A stretch of DNA of 64,000 nucleotides from Takakia lepidozioides (lineage: Eukaryota > Plantae > Bryophyta), in contig CM060731.1 in the NCBI GenBank assembly GCA_030704615.1, positions 94,922,001-94,986,000 of the forward strand, in the 5' to 3' direction. The notes under the pieces were generated by a model that did not search any database, was not told the origin of the DNA, and saw only the letters and a list, made by a program, of their open reading frames with translations. Both the position numbers and the translations under genes were made by a program. The first letter of the stretch is position 1, and each line of letters starts with the position of its first letter. Of the stretch, positions 1 to 11,081 are shown in pieces.

Positions 1-258
1 TATTTCCTTTTACTCATACATGGATTTCCTTCCCCTCAGGACTCTGATATCGCTGACTATGATATATTCATGTGGACAGACACATTGTAGAAATGAGACC
101 ACAAATTGTAAACAGTGGGCCAATTACTGCAGTTCTTGAATACAATGAAACACAACACATAGAAGTAAGGGACGATGGGTTATTTTATTGATTGAACACG
201 ATGTCTCACATTTAGCAACTCAAGACAAATCTAAGCCCTTCTGCCTTCTGCATGGGCG

Positions 259-831
259 TCACCAAGTCGACGGAACTTCGATAGCCCTCAAAACAAGCTC
301 ATTACTGACGCGGCACCTCCAGGTAAACTGCAATGTGGTCGTTCTGGTGCCCTTGGTGGAGCTGACGACAATGTCATGCCCATCAATGATACCACCATCA
401 TACATTGACAAGGTCACTGTGGGCCTCATGTGCCCGTGCGATTCATCTTCGCAACTCATGTATCCATACACTGGAAGAGCGGAGTGAACTCCACGAATAT
501 AGTTTTCCCCGGTGCCGTCCTCCCTGGTCCACTCGCAGTAGTTCCAGCGCCAAAGCGAGGCCGTGCGTGATCTGTCCGGCATCCCATTCCAGCTTGGTAT
601 ATCGAGGTCAACAATTTTCAGGACCCACGGACCGCATTGACCCTCGCCCTCACCTCGCTCAAAGCGGTAATAGCCCTCCAAATACTCCATTGCGCGCAAA
701 GACTCCCGCTTGATTCCAGAAGCGTCAGTGAAAATTGAGAGCCACACAATGATGTCTCCTGATTCTGGTTTGAACATTGCATAATCGTGGCCATGATAAG
801 GGCAATCATCAGGATTGCGGCGGCACGGCAT
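259..831 (-). CDS. Orphan 190-aa ORF inside a putative DNA transposon whose terminus is at ~1640
   Basis: Open ORF in the track. No family motif recognised. It lies internal to the terminal motif at 1589-1640. Confidence 0.25.
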   Translation of the reverse strand: MPCRRNPDDCPYHGHDYAMFKPESGDIIVWLSIFTDASGIKRESLRAMEYLEGYYRFERGEGEGQCGPWVLKIVDLDIPSWNGMPDRSRTASLWRWNYCEWTREDGTGENYIRGVHSALPVYGYMSCEDESHGHMRPTVTLSMYDGGIIDGHDIVVSSTKGTRTTTLQFTWRCRVSNELVLRAIEVPSTW

Positions 832-1588
832 CCTTGCAAAAGATTACCGGAGTACACTCAATGACAGCAGCTCCCGGATGGAGGAGGCAACAGCGTGGTC
901 GCTGGAAGAAGTTCAAGGACATGACAATGTGTTTGCAAACGCTGCAATTCCTCACTTACATTGCAGGGCACATTTAAATTTCCCCCTACAGGAACCTGCA
1001 TGGATGAAGATTGGCTGCTCCATGAATGTAGCCGTTTCAGTTTCCTTCCGTGCCATGCAAACTATGGGCAGTAAGTACTAGGTGGGCCTATAGCCACTCG
1101 AGACGACGAAGTCCATCCCTCCTTCGATGTAAATGCGGCGCCGAATTCCCATCCGGGGGATGGACTTCGCTGGCAGATTTCAAACTATACCATGTGGATG
1201 AGAAAGAGGTATCGGTTCATCCACCGCTGGCGTGATGAACATGTTACACGATGATTGGTGGGTACATGGGACCGAGATGCTCCATTATTGGACACCCCAC
1301 TGCTCTTCCGCTTCTCATCATTTCGAAAATCAAAGGGCTTCCTTGTTGTCCACAAGGTCATTGTCATCAGCATCAAAGACGTCCTAAGGTCCTCCTTTGC
1401 AAGGATGTCGTGCTTCCGGAACCGGGCTGACATTGCCTTTCAATATGTAATTCTAAAAAACATTGCCAAACCTCCTTCATCGGGAGGTCCTTCTCCCCCT
1501 ATGACCGTGATACCCTCAACCCTATTCCCGCGGACACTCATTTCCGGAAAATAGTCCTGCTCATGTTTTCTTCGACACTTACGACTCT

Positions 1589-1640
1589 GCTCATGGCTCA
1601 TGCCGCTCATGGCTCATGGCTCATGAAATAGCAGCCCCCT
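1589..1640 (-). mobile_element. Transposon-like terminus (AGGGGGCTGCTATTTCATGAGC followed by CATGAGC subterminal repeats)
   Basis: The reverse complement matches the motif at 10865-10909 almost exactly, including the tandem (G)CATGAGC repeats. Confidence 0.6.
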
Positions 1641-2098
1641 TGCAAAGCGAAGTAAACGATGTGCAAGAGACGTTGTTGGTTTTGAACAATCGCAAGGAGA
1701 GTGCAACAAAGAAAGAAAGAGACTTGGTGGTACAACATGCTTATGTGACTGGGCTTTTGAAAAGCTTGAGAGAACAAATTACGAGGTCTAACTTGGACCT
1801 TAATGCAGCTGAGAAGGAAGAACATGCCTATACGGTAGATGCAAGGGCGCGAATGTGTGGAAAACCAACCAATTACAGTACATCCTCTGACATGTTCAAT
1901 ATGGGTAATGTTAACGATCGTAGGCTTGCTACCATCATTAAACAGAAAAATATAGATCTTCATAGAAGCGAGCTTCTTGTGATGGAAAAAGGATATGCGA
2001 ACAATGCTGCCCTCATGGAAATTGATCTTGTTGTTGCAAAGCACAATTTGAGTGAAGTTCACATGACAGTTGAAGGGCGTGAGGAAGAGTTGCACTAG
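1641..2098 (+). pseudogene. Coiled-coil protein fragment, probably TE-derived, truncated by the element end at 1640
   Basis: ORF 1616..2098 is E/K/L-rich and heptad-like. Its first codons come from the terminal repeat. Confidence 0.3.
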
Positions 2099-2564
2099 AA
2101 GCATTCGTGTCTTTTCCGAATCGACTGGGTGTCCGCCAACCACTCCAGGAACCACTTGGCAGTAAGCGGGACTACTAGAGAGTCGAAACGGACAATGTGG
2201 GCCCACGGGGGCATTTCAGACGGCGGGCAGAAGTGGGGTCTACGACTCCGGAGTCGTAGCAAAATTTCGGGCTATTTAATTAATTACGTAAATACATAAA
2301 ATTTGAAAAAGCGGAAATTACAAGTGGTTCTAATTACTGCACATGCGACTAGAAATTTTCATTCATAATTCAATTAATGAAATAAAGATATTTATTCATT
2401 AAAGTGAATATGTAGTCGACTCAACTACTCCATGAACCACTGCGCATTGATTGCACCCGTGATTCGGGGCCACATTTGCTTACGTGTGTTTCACAAGAAC
2501 AAGCAAACAAAATCTGGCCTTTGGGGGCTTGCATATTTTAATATGTACTGCCTCCACCTGAAGT

Positions 2565-5500
2565 GACATGGAAGGTCCATAGTGACATCATGAAAGCTGG
2601 AATTGTAGGGTTTGCTATTCTGAACACCGCCGTGGTGGACATGTATGCCGAATGCGGGAGCATTGAAGATGTGAAGGTAGTGTTCGACTGTGGCTCAACG
2701 AGATGTGGTGTCGTGGAGTGCGATGATCGCATTGGCAGCAATGCAAGGATGTATGCATGATTTGTGCAGACGCAGTGATAACTGAAGGAGCAGGATAGAG
2801 TGTGGGTCCATATTCATCCAAGAGGGTCGGATTTCAAGCTCCAGATTACCTATGGATCCCTGTGGAAGGATAGCTACAAGAAACCTCCATGGGTAGATGG
2901 TTAGCTGGAAGCGGCAGCTGTAGCGGCACAGTTGATAAAATCAAGCACCGCAACCATGACCACAGCTTCTGGAAGAGGATCAAGAGAGGGAGTCCACAAT
3001 GCCTCTTCTGGCACTTATGGGCATGTGAAGATGCTTTATGAGGCAGGCAGACTGAAAGAGGCTCTACAAACTTTAAACCAAAGAGGCATTTCAGCAGATG
3101 TAGATACGTATGTGTGTCTTGCCTAAGTGCATCAAGATGAAAGGCCTAGAAGTTGGAAAGCAGGTGCACACTCACATTGTCCAAAGTGGATTCACGCTGA
3201 ACGTTTTTCTACTCAACAACCTTGTCCATTCTGAACCATACCCTGGTGGACATGTATGCGAAATGTGGGTGCATCGAGCCTGGACAAGGGCAAAGAGGTG
3301 CATGGGGTATCATCAAAGCTGGAATTGTACCAAATGTCATTATGAACACTGCCCTGGCAGCTCTGGAAAAGGGGAAAGAGGTCCATGGCGACATCTTCAG
3401 AGCTGGAATTGTACCAAATGTCATTCTGAACCATATCCTGGTGGACATGTATGCAAAATGTGGGTGCATTGAGCCCTAGACAAGGGCAAAGAGGTGCATG
3501 GGGTATCATCAAAGCTGGAATTGTACCAAATGTCATTATGAACACTGCCCTGGCAGCTCTGGAAAAGGGGAAAAAGGTCCATGGCGACATCTTCAGAGCT
3601 GGAATTGTACCAAATGTCATTCTGAACCATACCCTAGTGGACATGTATGCAAAATGTGGGTGCATCTAGGATGCAAAGGGAGTGTTTGACACTATGGCTG
3701 AACGAGATGTGGTGTCGTGGAGTGCGATGCTTGCAGGTATGCACGGCAGGGACGTGGGATGGAGGCTTTGGAGAGCTATGAGCAAAGGATGGGGGAAGCA
3801 CATCATGTTTGTGTGCATTTGCAATGATTGTGCAAGCCTAGCAGCCCTGGAGCAAGGCAATAGGTGCATGGGGACATCAAAGCTGGAATTGTGCCAAATG
3901 TCAATCTGAACACTACCCTGGCAGCTTTGGAAAAGGGGAAAGAGGTCCATGTCGACATCTTTAGAGCTGGAATTGTACCAGATGACATTCTGAACAATAC
4001 CCTGGTGAACATGTTTGCAAAATGTGGGTGCATCTAGGATGCAAAGGGAGTGTTCAAAACTATGGCTGAACAAGATGTGGTGTCGTGGAGTGCGATGCTT
4101 GTAGGGTATGCATGGCAGGGACGTGGGATGGAGGCTTGGGGAGAGTTATGAGCAAATGATGGGGGAAGCACATCATGTTTGTGTGCATTTGCAATGTGCG
4201 TGCAAGCCTAGCAGCCCTGGAGAAGGGCAAGAGGTGCATGGGGATATCATCAAAGCTGGAATTGTGCCAAATGTCAATCTGAACACTGCCCTGGCAGCTT
4301 TGGAAATGGGGAAAGAAGTCCATGTCGACATCTTTAGAGCTGGAATTGTACCAGATGACATTCTAAACAATACCCTGGTGGACATGTTTGCAAAATGTGG
4401 GTGCATCTAGGATGCACAGGGAGTGTTCGACACTATGGCTGAACGACATGTGGTGTCGTGGAGTGCGATATGATGTGCTTGCAGGGTATGCACATCAGGG
4501 ATGTGGAATGGAGGCTTTGGAGACCTATGAGCAAATGATGGGGGAAGCACATCATGTTTGTGTGCATTCGCAATGCTTGTGCAAGCCTGGCAGCCGGCCT
4601 GGAGAAGGGCAAAGAGGTGCATGGGGATATCATCAAAGCTGGAATTGTACCAAATGTCAATCTGAACACTGCCCTGGCAGCTTTGGAAAAGGGGAAAGAG
4701 GTCCACATGGCGACATCTTCAGAGTTGGACTTGTACCAAGGTGAATGCCTGTCAGATTACCAGATGCAAAGAGGTGCATGGTTGCATCGCCAAAGGCAGC
4801 AGCTGCAGCGGCACAGTTGATAAAGTTAGGCACCTCAATCATGACCACAGCTTCTGGAAGAGGATCAAGAGAGGGAGTCCACAATGCCTCTTCTGGCATT
4901 TATGGGCATGTGAATATGCTTTGTGAGCTGAAAGAGGCTCTACCGACTTTAAACCAAGGAGGCATTTCAGCAAATTCAGATACGTATGTCTGCCTCTTGC
5001 ATAAGTGCATCAAGATGAAAGGCCTTAAGCTAGAAAGCAGGTGCACACTCACATTATCCAAAGTGCACGCCAAATATTTTTCTACTCAACACCCTTGTCA
5101 ACATGTATGTTATGTGCGGGGCATCATGGATGCTCACCAAGTGTTCAACACAATGCCTCAACGATCTTTCATCACGTGGAACACGATGCTTGCAGGGTGT
5201 GCACAGCAGGGGTGTGGTATGGAGGCCTTGGAGAATGTGGTGAGGGCAGCTTTTTCTTCGACCTATTTCAGCCTGTTTTCCCCTCTCATCAGACTCGGCC
5301 CTGAATTTACATATTGAATTGTCAAGGACAATGTGGTGAGGGCACCTTCTTCTTCGATCTATTTCAGCCTGTTTTGCCCTCCCATCAGACTCGGCCTTGA
5401 GATGCATATTGAATTCTGTAAGTTAGCTCGTTGGGTGGATTTGTGGTGCTTTGGAATGACTATGACAAGTAACTGCCGATGTGGCAGCAGGAAAGTATCC

Positions 5501-6555
5501 AAAACAGATAATAGAGATGAGGAGAAGGTGTGGAATGAATACTTTGTTGACCCCAGTGAATGGTGGAACAACCGAGGCAAAAAGTTGAATGCCTATTAGA
5601 TGACAGAGAGTAGCAGACGCAATTCAACATAGGAACTAGTGTGATTGGGTGTTTCCTAGGTTGTCATTGTCAGCTGCTAGCAGCAAGGCAAAGATGAATG
5701 CATGATTTGTGCAGAGGCATGGATAGCTGAAGGAGAAGGGATAGAGTGTGGGTCCAGATTCATCCAAGAGGGCCGGACTTCAAGCTCCAGATTACCTGTG
5801 ATTCCATGTGGATCAATAGCTACAAGAAACCTAAATGGGTAGATGGTCAACTAAAGGCAACAGCTGCAGCGGCACAGTTGATAAAATCAGGAACGTCCTC
5901 AACCATGACCGAAGCTTCTGAAAGAGGATCAAGAGAGGGAGTCCACAATGCCTTTTCTGCGGGGCATGTGAAGATGCTTTGTGAGGCAGGCAGACTGACA
6001 AAGGCTCTAGGTCTGGAAGCTGGAATCAGGTGCACACTCACATTATCCAAAGTGGATTCATGCCAAATGTTTTTTCTACTCAACACCCTTGTCAACATGT
6101 ATGTTAAGTGTGGGAGCATCATGGATGCTCGCCAAGATTTCTACAGAATGCCTCAGTGATCTTTGATCATGTGGAATATAATGTTGGCAGGATTTACCAA
6201 GCATGGGTGTGGCAGGAATGCTTTGGCGACCTATGAACAAATGTTGCGCAAAGGGGTGAAACCCAACCAAATGTGGTGTCATGGAATGTGATGCTTGCAG
6301 GGTATACACAGCAGAGACATGGTATGGAGGCTTTGGAGACCTATGATCAAATGATGGGGGAAGGGGGGGCACCTTCTTCAATAGCACAACGGCTACAAGT
6401 GGGTAGATGGCCAACGAGAAACAGCAATGGTAGCAGCACAATTAATAAAACAAGGCCCACTGCTAATGAAGGTACATTCTTCAACATATTTCACCCTGTT
6501 TTTCCCTGCTATCAGAGTCGTCCCTAAATTTTCATGTTGAATTCTACAAGTTAGC
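2565..6555 (+). pseudogene. PLS-class pentatricopeptide repeat (PPR) pseudogene array with an N-terminal PDF (OSB-type) motif, tandemly amplified
   Basis: Repeated PLS-PPR signatures: GKEVHGDIIKAGIVPNV, NTLVDMYAKCG, VFDTMAERDVVSWSAMLAG, YVCLLHKC. Many stops and frameshifts. Internal ~195-bp and ~370-bp duplications. Confidence 0.9.
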
Positions 6556-7307
6556 TGTTAGAGGGTTGTTTGGGACTTAGTCACTTTTACGGGCTCTGTG
6601 GGGTACCCTTAATTTTTGCGCAGACTTACGAAGGGAAGACTTAGACCAACAGAGGCCTTATGGGTGACAGACACATGCTTTAGGGTGGTAGACAGGCCGA
6701 GACAATCTGACACAGCCTAACACAGCCTCACACAGCCCGACACAGACTATCACAGCCCGACACAGTCTGACACCCCCGACACAGCCCGACACAGTTTTAC
6801 ACAGCCAGTCACAGCTCGGCACAGTCACAACTCGACACAGCTTGGCATAGCCCGTCACAGCGTACATAGGGAACGGTTATCATTGACAGGGAACGACTGT
6901 CTGGGAATGACATCTGCAGAGGGAACGTGTTACTTCAGGGGTGACAGTTAGTTAGTTAGGTGGTTAGAATAGCTTGTGGGTAGATTAGGCAGGGCGGCAA
7001 CAGGAAGGGGATCACTTCACGGGGAGCGCTACTTGGTCATGCAGGGGAGATCAGGCGGAGAGTAAGAATGGGAGCAAGGATGGAGAGCACGGTGAAGGAG
7101 GAAAGATGAACAGTAGATGCTTGTTACATGCAAAGCTGTAGTGATATTGTAGGGCAGATTAGAGTCACCATGGCATTGGCCTGATACCTGATAAATCATA
7201 ATCTGATACTTATTCGATACAATCACACTGAGTAGAGAGACATGAGTGAAGCTGTGGAATGAATGGATGAGTGAATGGAACTTGGTAGATACTGAAGCAA
7301 TCTGACA
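6556..7307. mobile_element. Probable LTR of the adjacent Ty3/gypsy element
   Basis: TGTTAGA...TCTGACA ends. It interrupts the PPR unit exactly where the sister copy (5411 gaattctgtaagttagc) continues. It contains a 10-bp ACACAGCCCG tandem array. Confidence 0.6.
6700..6862. repeat. ~10-bp tandem repeat (ACACAGCCCG-like), about 15 degenerate copies
   Basis: Directly visible: cacagcctaa/cacagcctca/cacagcccga... Confidence 0.9.
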
Positions 7308-7385
7308 CAGTAAGGTAAATTGCTAACATGAAGGCAAGAAGAAATACAAATAGGAAGCACAACCATGATTCACTAGCTGTAGGTC

Positions 7386-8081
7386 ATGACTGATTGTTCT
7401 GAGCGGGCTGAGTGCTTAGAGATATCCAACTTTTCTATCTTGGAGTTTCCACCTCGGATAGCGAAGGGATGGGTGAGTAAAAGCCGCTCGACATTTGGCG
7501 ACCATACTGGGGAACTGGGTCATGAACAACTAGATGTGACAAACATCTGGTGGGATCATGGTGGTTGGAGAATTAAAGAATTTGATATGAATCAAATTCC
7601 CTGTGGAACTGAGAAGGAAAGATTGTCCAAACAATTCTTTCAGAGGTTCTTGGAATGGCCAGACGGTTGTAAAGAAAACATTCTTAAGAGAGTGCATGAT
7701 GCTGACCCTGAGTGGGGTCTGGAGAAATGAGTGATAAAGATTTATCAAGTGGCCTGTAGAGGAAGAGCACGTTGGTTACCAACACTGGTTTATGTGATAG
7801 CATTGCTATCCATTAAGCGAGTAGAGTTTGAAGGCTGGGAGGAAAGGAAAGTGAATGTTTACACTCATATGCATAAAGAGCTTATATTGGTAAAGAATTG
7901 GATTCCTAAGGATATTTTGTGGATCAAACTCACACCAAGAACAACTTTTCAGACTTGTTTGCCATATGGTTATATGGTAACGGAGACTTCTAGTATAGCC
8001 AAAGGTGCATTGAAGCTTGAAAGAAATCCAGGCATATACGAGAGATACTACAGAAGAGAGTTTTGGTTATTGCCTCATTAA
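7386..8081 (+). pseudogene. Extra ORF upstream of gag (two in-frame ORFs split by one stop)
   Basis: 7386..7730 and 7731..8081 are contiguous and in frame, between the LTR and gag. No motif recognised. Confidence 0.45.
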
Positions 8082-8101
8082 AGATATGAAAGACATGGGA
8101 C

Positions 8102-9925
8102 ATGAGTGATGAAAGAGAAGCTAGACTCCAGAGATATTCAGCAAAAAGAGAAAGTTATCTGAAAGCTAATTATCCATATCTTTGGGAGAGAGGAATAGAC
8201 ATAGGGGAATCATCTGGACCTCTCACACCGTTAAGATCAAAGAGTACATCACCCATACCAGAAGAACTAGAGTTGGATGCTACTCCTTCTTATTCCTTAC
8301 AAGAAAGATTAAGGGAATTGGTACAGGAAGAAGATCAACCACAAGGTGAAAGATCCGAGGTACATCCCTGGATTAATGATTTGACGGAAATCTTTTATCA
8401 GAGTTGGCATGGAACACCAAAAGCAGGAACTCTAGTTTCTCAGGCACAAGGCCAGGAAGGAGAGGAGGATGTGGCAGAGCCAACGGAGAGTTCAGACTCT
8501 CCCACACCACTTCAGTTGAGTTACATGAGTCAAGAAGAAGAAACCCAAGGGCAGAACTTGGAAGATGAAAATAGAGAGAAGAAATTGGAAGATGAAGAGT
8601 ATGAAGAAGTATACCCAACAGTTGAGGTTGAGACTACAACCAGGACATCCCAACCTATTGGACCTGGATCAAGTGGAGCACTTGGATCACAGGCTAACGA
8701 AGGTGTCGGCTCAGGGGGATCAGGCGGACAGCCTGGATCTGGCTCTAGGGGGACAGGGAGTGTGGGAAGTAGTGCAACTAGAACTGGGAATACTGTGAAT
8801 ATAGTAGGGCCAGTAGCAGGGAGTGCTCAGGGGCCAGCACTTGGTGGAAGTTCCACCACAACTACAATAGGTCCTCAAGGACCAGCACCAGCAGGGGGGC
8901 CAGCATCTGTCACTGGGCAAGGGGTAGGGCCACAGATGGCGTTACAACCAACACGGGCAAAACCACCTTTTCCAATATATGCAGGAAAAGGGGATCCTGA
9001 TGTACACATCAGCCAATTTGAGCACATGTGTATTGTGAACAATGAGAATGGCGATGATGCCAAAATGAGACTGTTTCCTTGTTCACTTATAAAGAAAGCA
9101 AGTGAATGGTATGCAAGATTCCCTGATAATCATTTCCTAACCTGGAATGGCTTAAGTACAACATTCCAAAATAGGTTCAGGACAAGTAAAACTGAGGATG
9201 AAGTGTATGGAAGTTTACAATAGTTAAAGCAAAAGAATCATGAAACTGTTGAAGAGTACATGGAAAAGATGGAATTGATGATGAAAAAATTGGCTGTTGT
9301 ACCAGCACCAGGATTACAAAAGACTTGGTTTGTGAGTGGACTAAGACCAGAGTTGCAAAAGAAAATGGATATGCTACCCCATAATACGGTGGAGGAAGCA
9401 TTTGAAATAGCTAACAGAATTGAGCAATTGGGAATGCTCAGGAGGGAGAAAAGGGATGATGAGGACTCTGAGGATGAGTCAGATGAGGAAGAAGAGCAAG
9501 AGCTCAAGAGGAAGAGTAAGAAGAAGGAAAAGTTGAAGAGGGATAACTATGAGAAAAGACTAGAAGAAATCTTGAAGAAGTATGCCACAGAGGCTGTAAC
9601 ACATTGGAGGAAGGGTGTTTGGTGTGCAAAATGCCAGAATGAAGGCCATACCACCACTGAATGCCACATGAAGGAGAAACACTGTACTATCTGTAAAATG
9701 GATAAGCATTCTACTGAGGATTGTTATTACAACATAAGGGCAGCTGCAAGAGAACCTAGGCAAGTAAGGGTGCATCAAGTGCAACCCCAGCCAAGAAGAA
9801 ACAGTGATCAGGACCACTATGGTAGGCCTGGTGGTTATAACAATGGTATAGAAGGGAGAGGTAATCCAAGAGGGAATTACCAAGGAAATCCCAGAGGCAA
9901 CTATCAGGGTAATCCAAGAAATGCC
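8102..9925 (+). mobile_element. gag: Ty3/gypsy (non-chromovirus type) gag with two CCHC knuckles, 3'-truncated
   Basis: Retrotrans_gag-like PPFPIYAGKGDPDVHISQF...LFPCSL..KASEWY...TWNGLSTTFQNRF. Knuckles CAKCQNEGHTTTEC and CTICKMDKHSTEDC. One in-frame stop at 9221. Confidence 0.85.
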
Positions 9926-10864
9926 AGTAAATATATATTCAGTCAGACCAGCCTGGTAAGTCTGGATCTGATATATCCACTTTAGGCCAGCAGTGATGCA
10001 AAGCAAGCACCACCTAGGGAGTATGATAAGAAACCATATAAAACATACCAATTTTTGTCCCAAAGGACTTGGGGTACTTTAGAAAACTGTGTGTAGACTA
10101 AAAAAACTCAACAAAGGTAATCCTTGGTAGTTTATGAGTAGACACAGCACATATATGTCTGTTTTACCATTAAAAAGTGGTTCACAAACGCTGATAGGCA
10201 GAGCAAAACCATGTGGAGCTGGTATGTCAACACCAGCCCAGAGGTGATTCAAAGTAAGAGCACCAAGAGCAATACAAATCAGATCCTCAAAAAGCATACC
10301 AAGTAGTGAAACTGAATGAATGGGAATTTCCAGAAGTAGGCCAAGGGATGCTTACAGAAAATAGTATGTAAGTCTGAAAGTACCATCAACCAGTCTATCA
10401 TATGCATAAAAGGCATATCCAGAAATAAATTAAGGTACTTACTAAGTAAGAACATCATATTCAGACCTGCTTAACATTTGCATGGTTAAGCCTAGGGCTG
10501 GAGGGTATCAACCAGTTCCTCGTTACCAGAAAAACATCAAAAGCATCATGTGTTGGCTTGAAACTGATATATCAGTGCCAAGACACAAGCAAGCTTCATA
10601 AAGTAGAAATAGGGCTGAGTCTTTTTAAGCAGATATAGGCCTGGATTGGTATTCCAGGGCCTCATAAAACAGCTCTACTAGGGTAAAAAATAAATCAGAA
10701 TTCCCGGTCAATCATATTATGAAAGCACCATGGTTTGATGAAAAATTCCCCATTATACTTGCAGATTGTAACCTCATTTCGAAAAACCAGATTGCAGGTT
10801 TGGAGATAAATCTCCAGAACCAAGCATTTAGTACTTTGAATTGAAATTGAAACAGCAAAACCAT

Positions 10865-10909
10865 AGGGGGCTGCTATATCATGAGCGGCATGAGCATGAG
10901 CATGAGCGG
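10865..10909 (+). mobile_element. Transposon-like terminus (AGGGGGCTGCTATATCATGAGC + CATGAG repeats) bounding the MTase-like genes
   Basis: Same motif as 1589-1640 in the opposite orientation. Confidence 0.6.
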
Positions 10910-11081
10910 AAAAAAAACAAAAACATGAGTGGACCATTGTGTGTCCACGGAAATAGGGGTAGGAGGCACGGAAATAGGGTCATGTGAAGTTGGAATGTGG
11001 CACCACTGGACTCGTCATAGCGATGAAATGCAATATTTTATTACAAATTTTGTGGCGAGCCACATCTATACAAAGTCTGTC

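Noticed and set aside
3209-4708. Repeated minus-strand ORFs (MHPHFAYMSTR...)
   Set aside because: They are antisense shadows of the PPR repeats.
9925-10864. Possible coding segment between the truncated gag and the transposon terminus
   Set aside because: All frames I read are broken and no motif was recognisable. Left unassigned.
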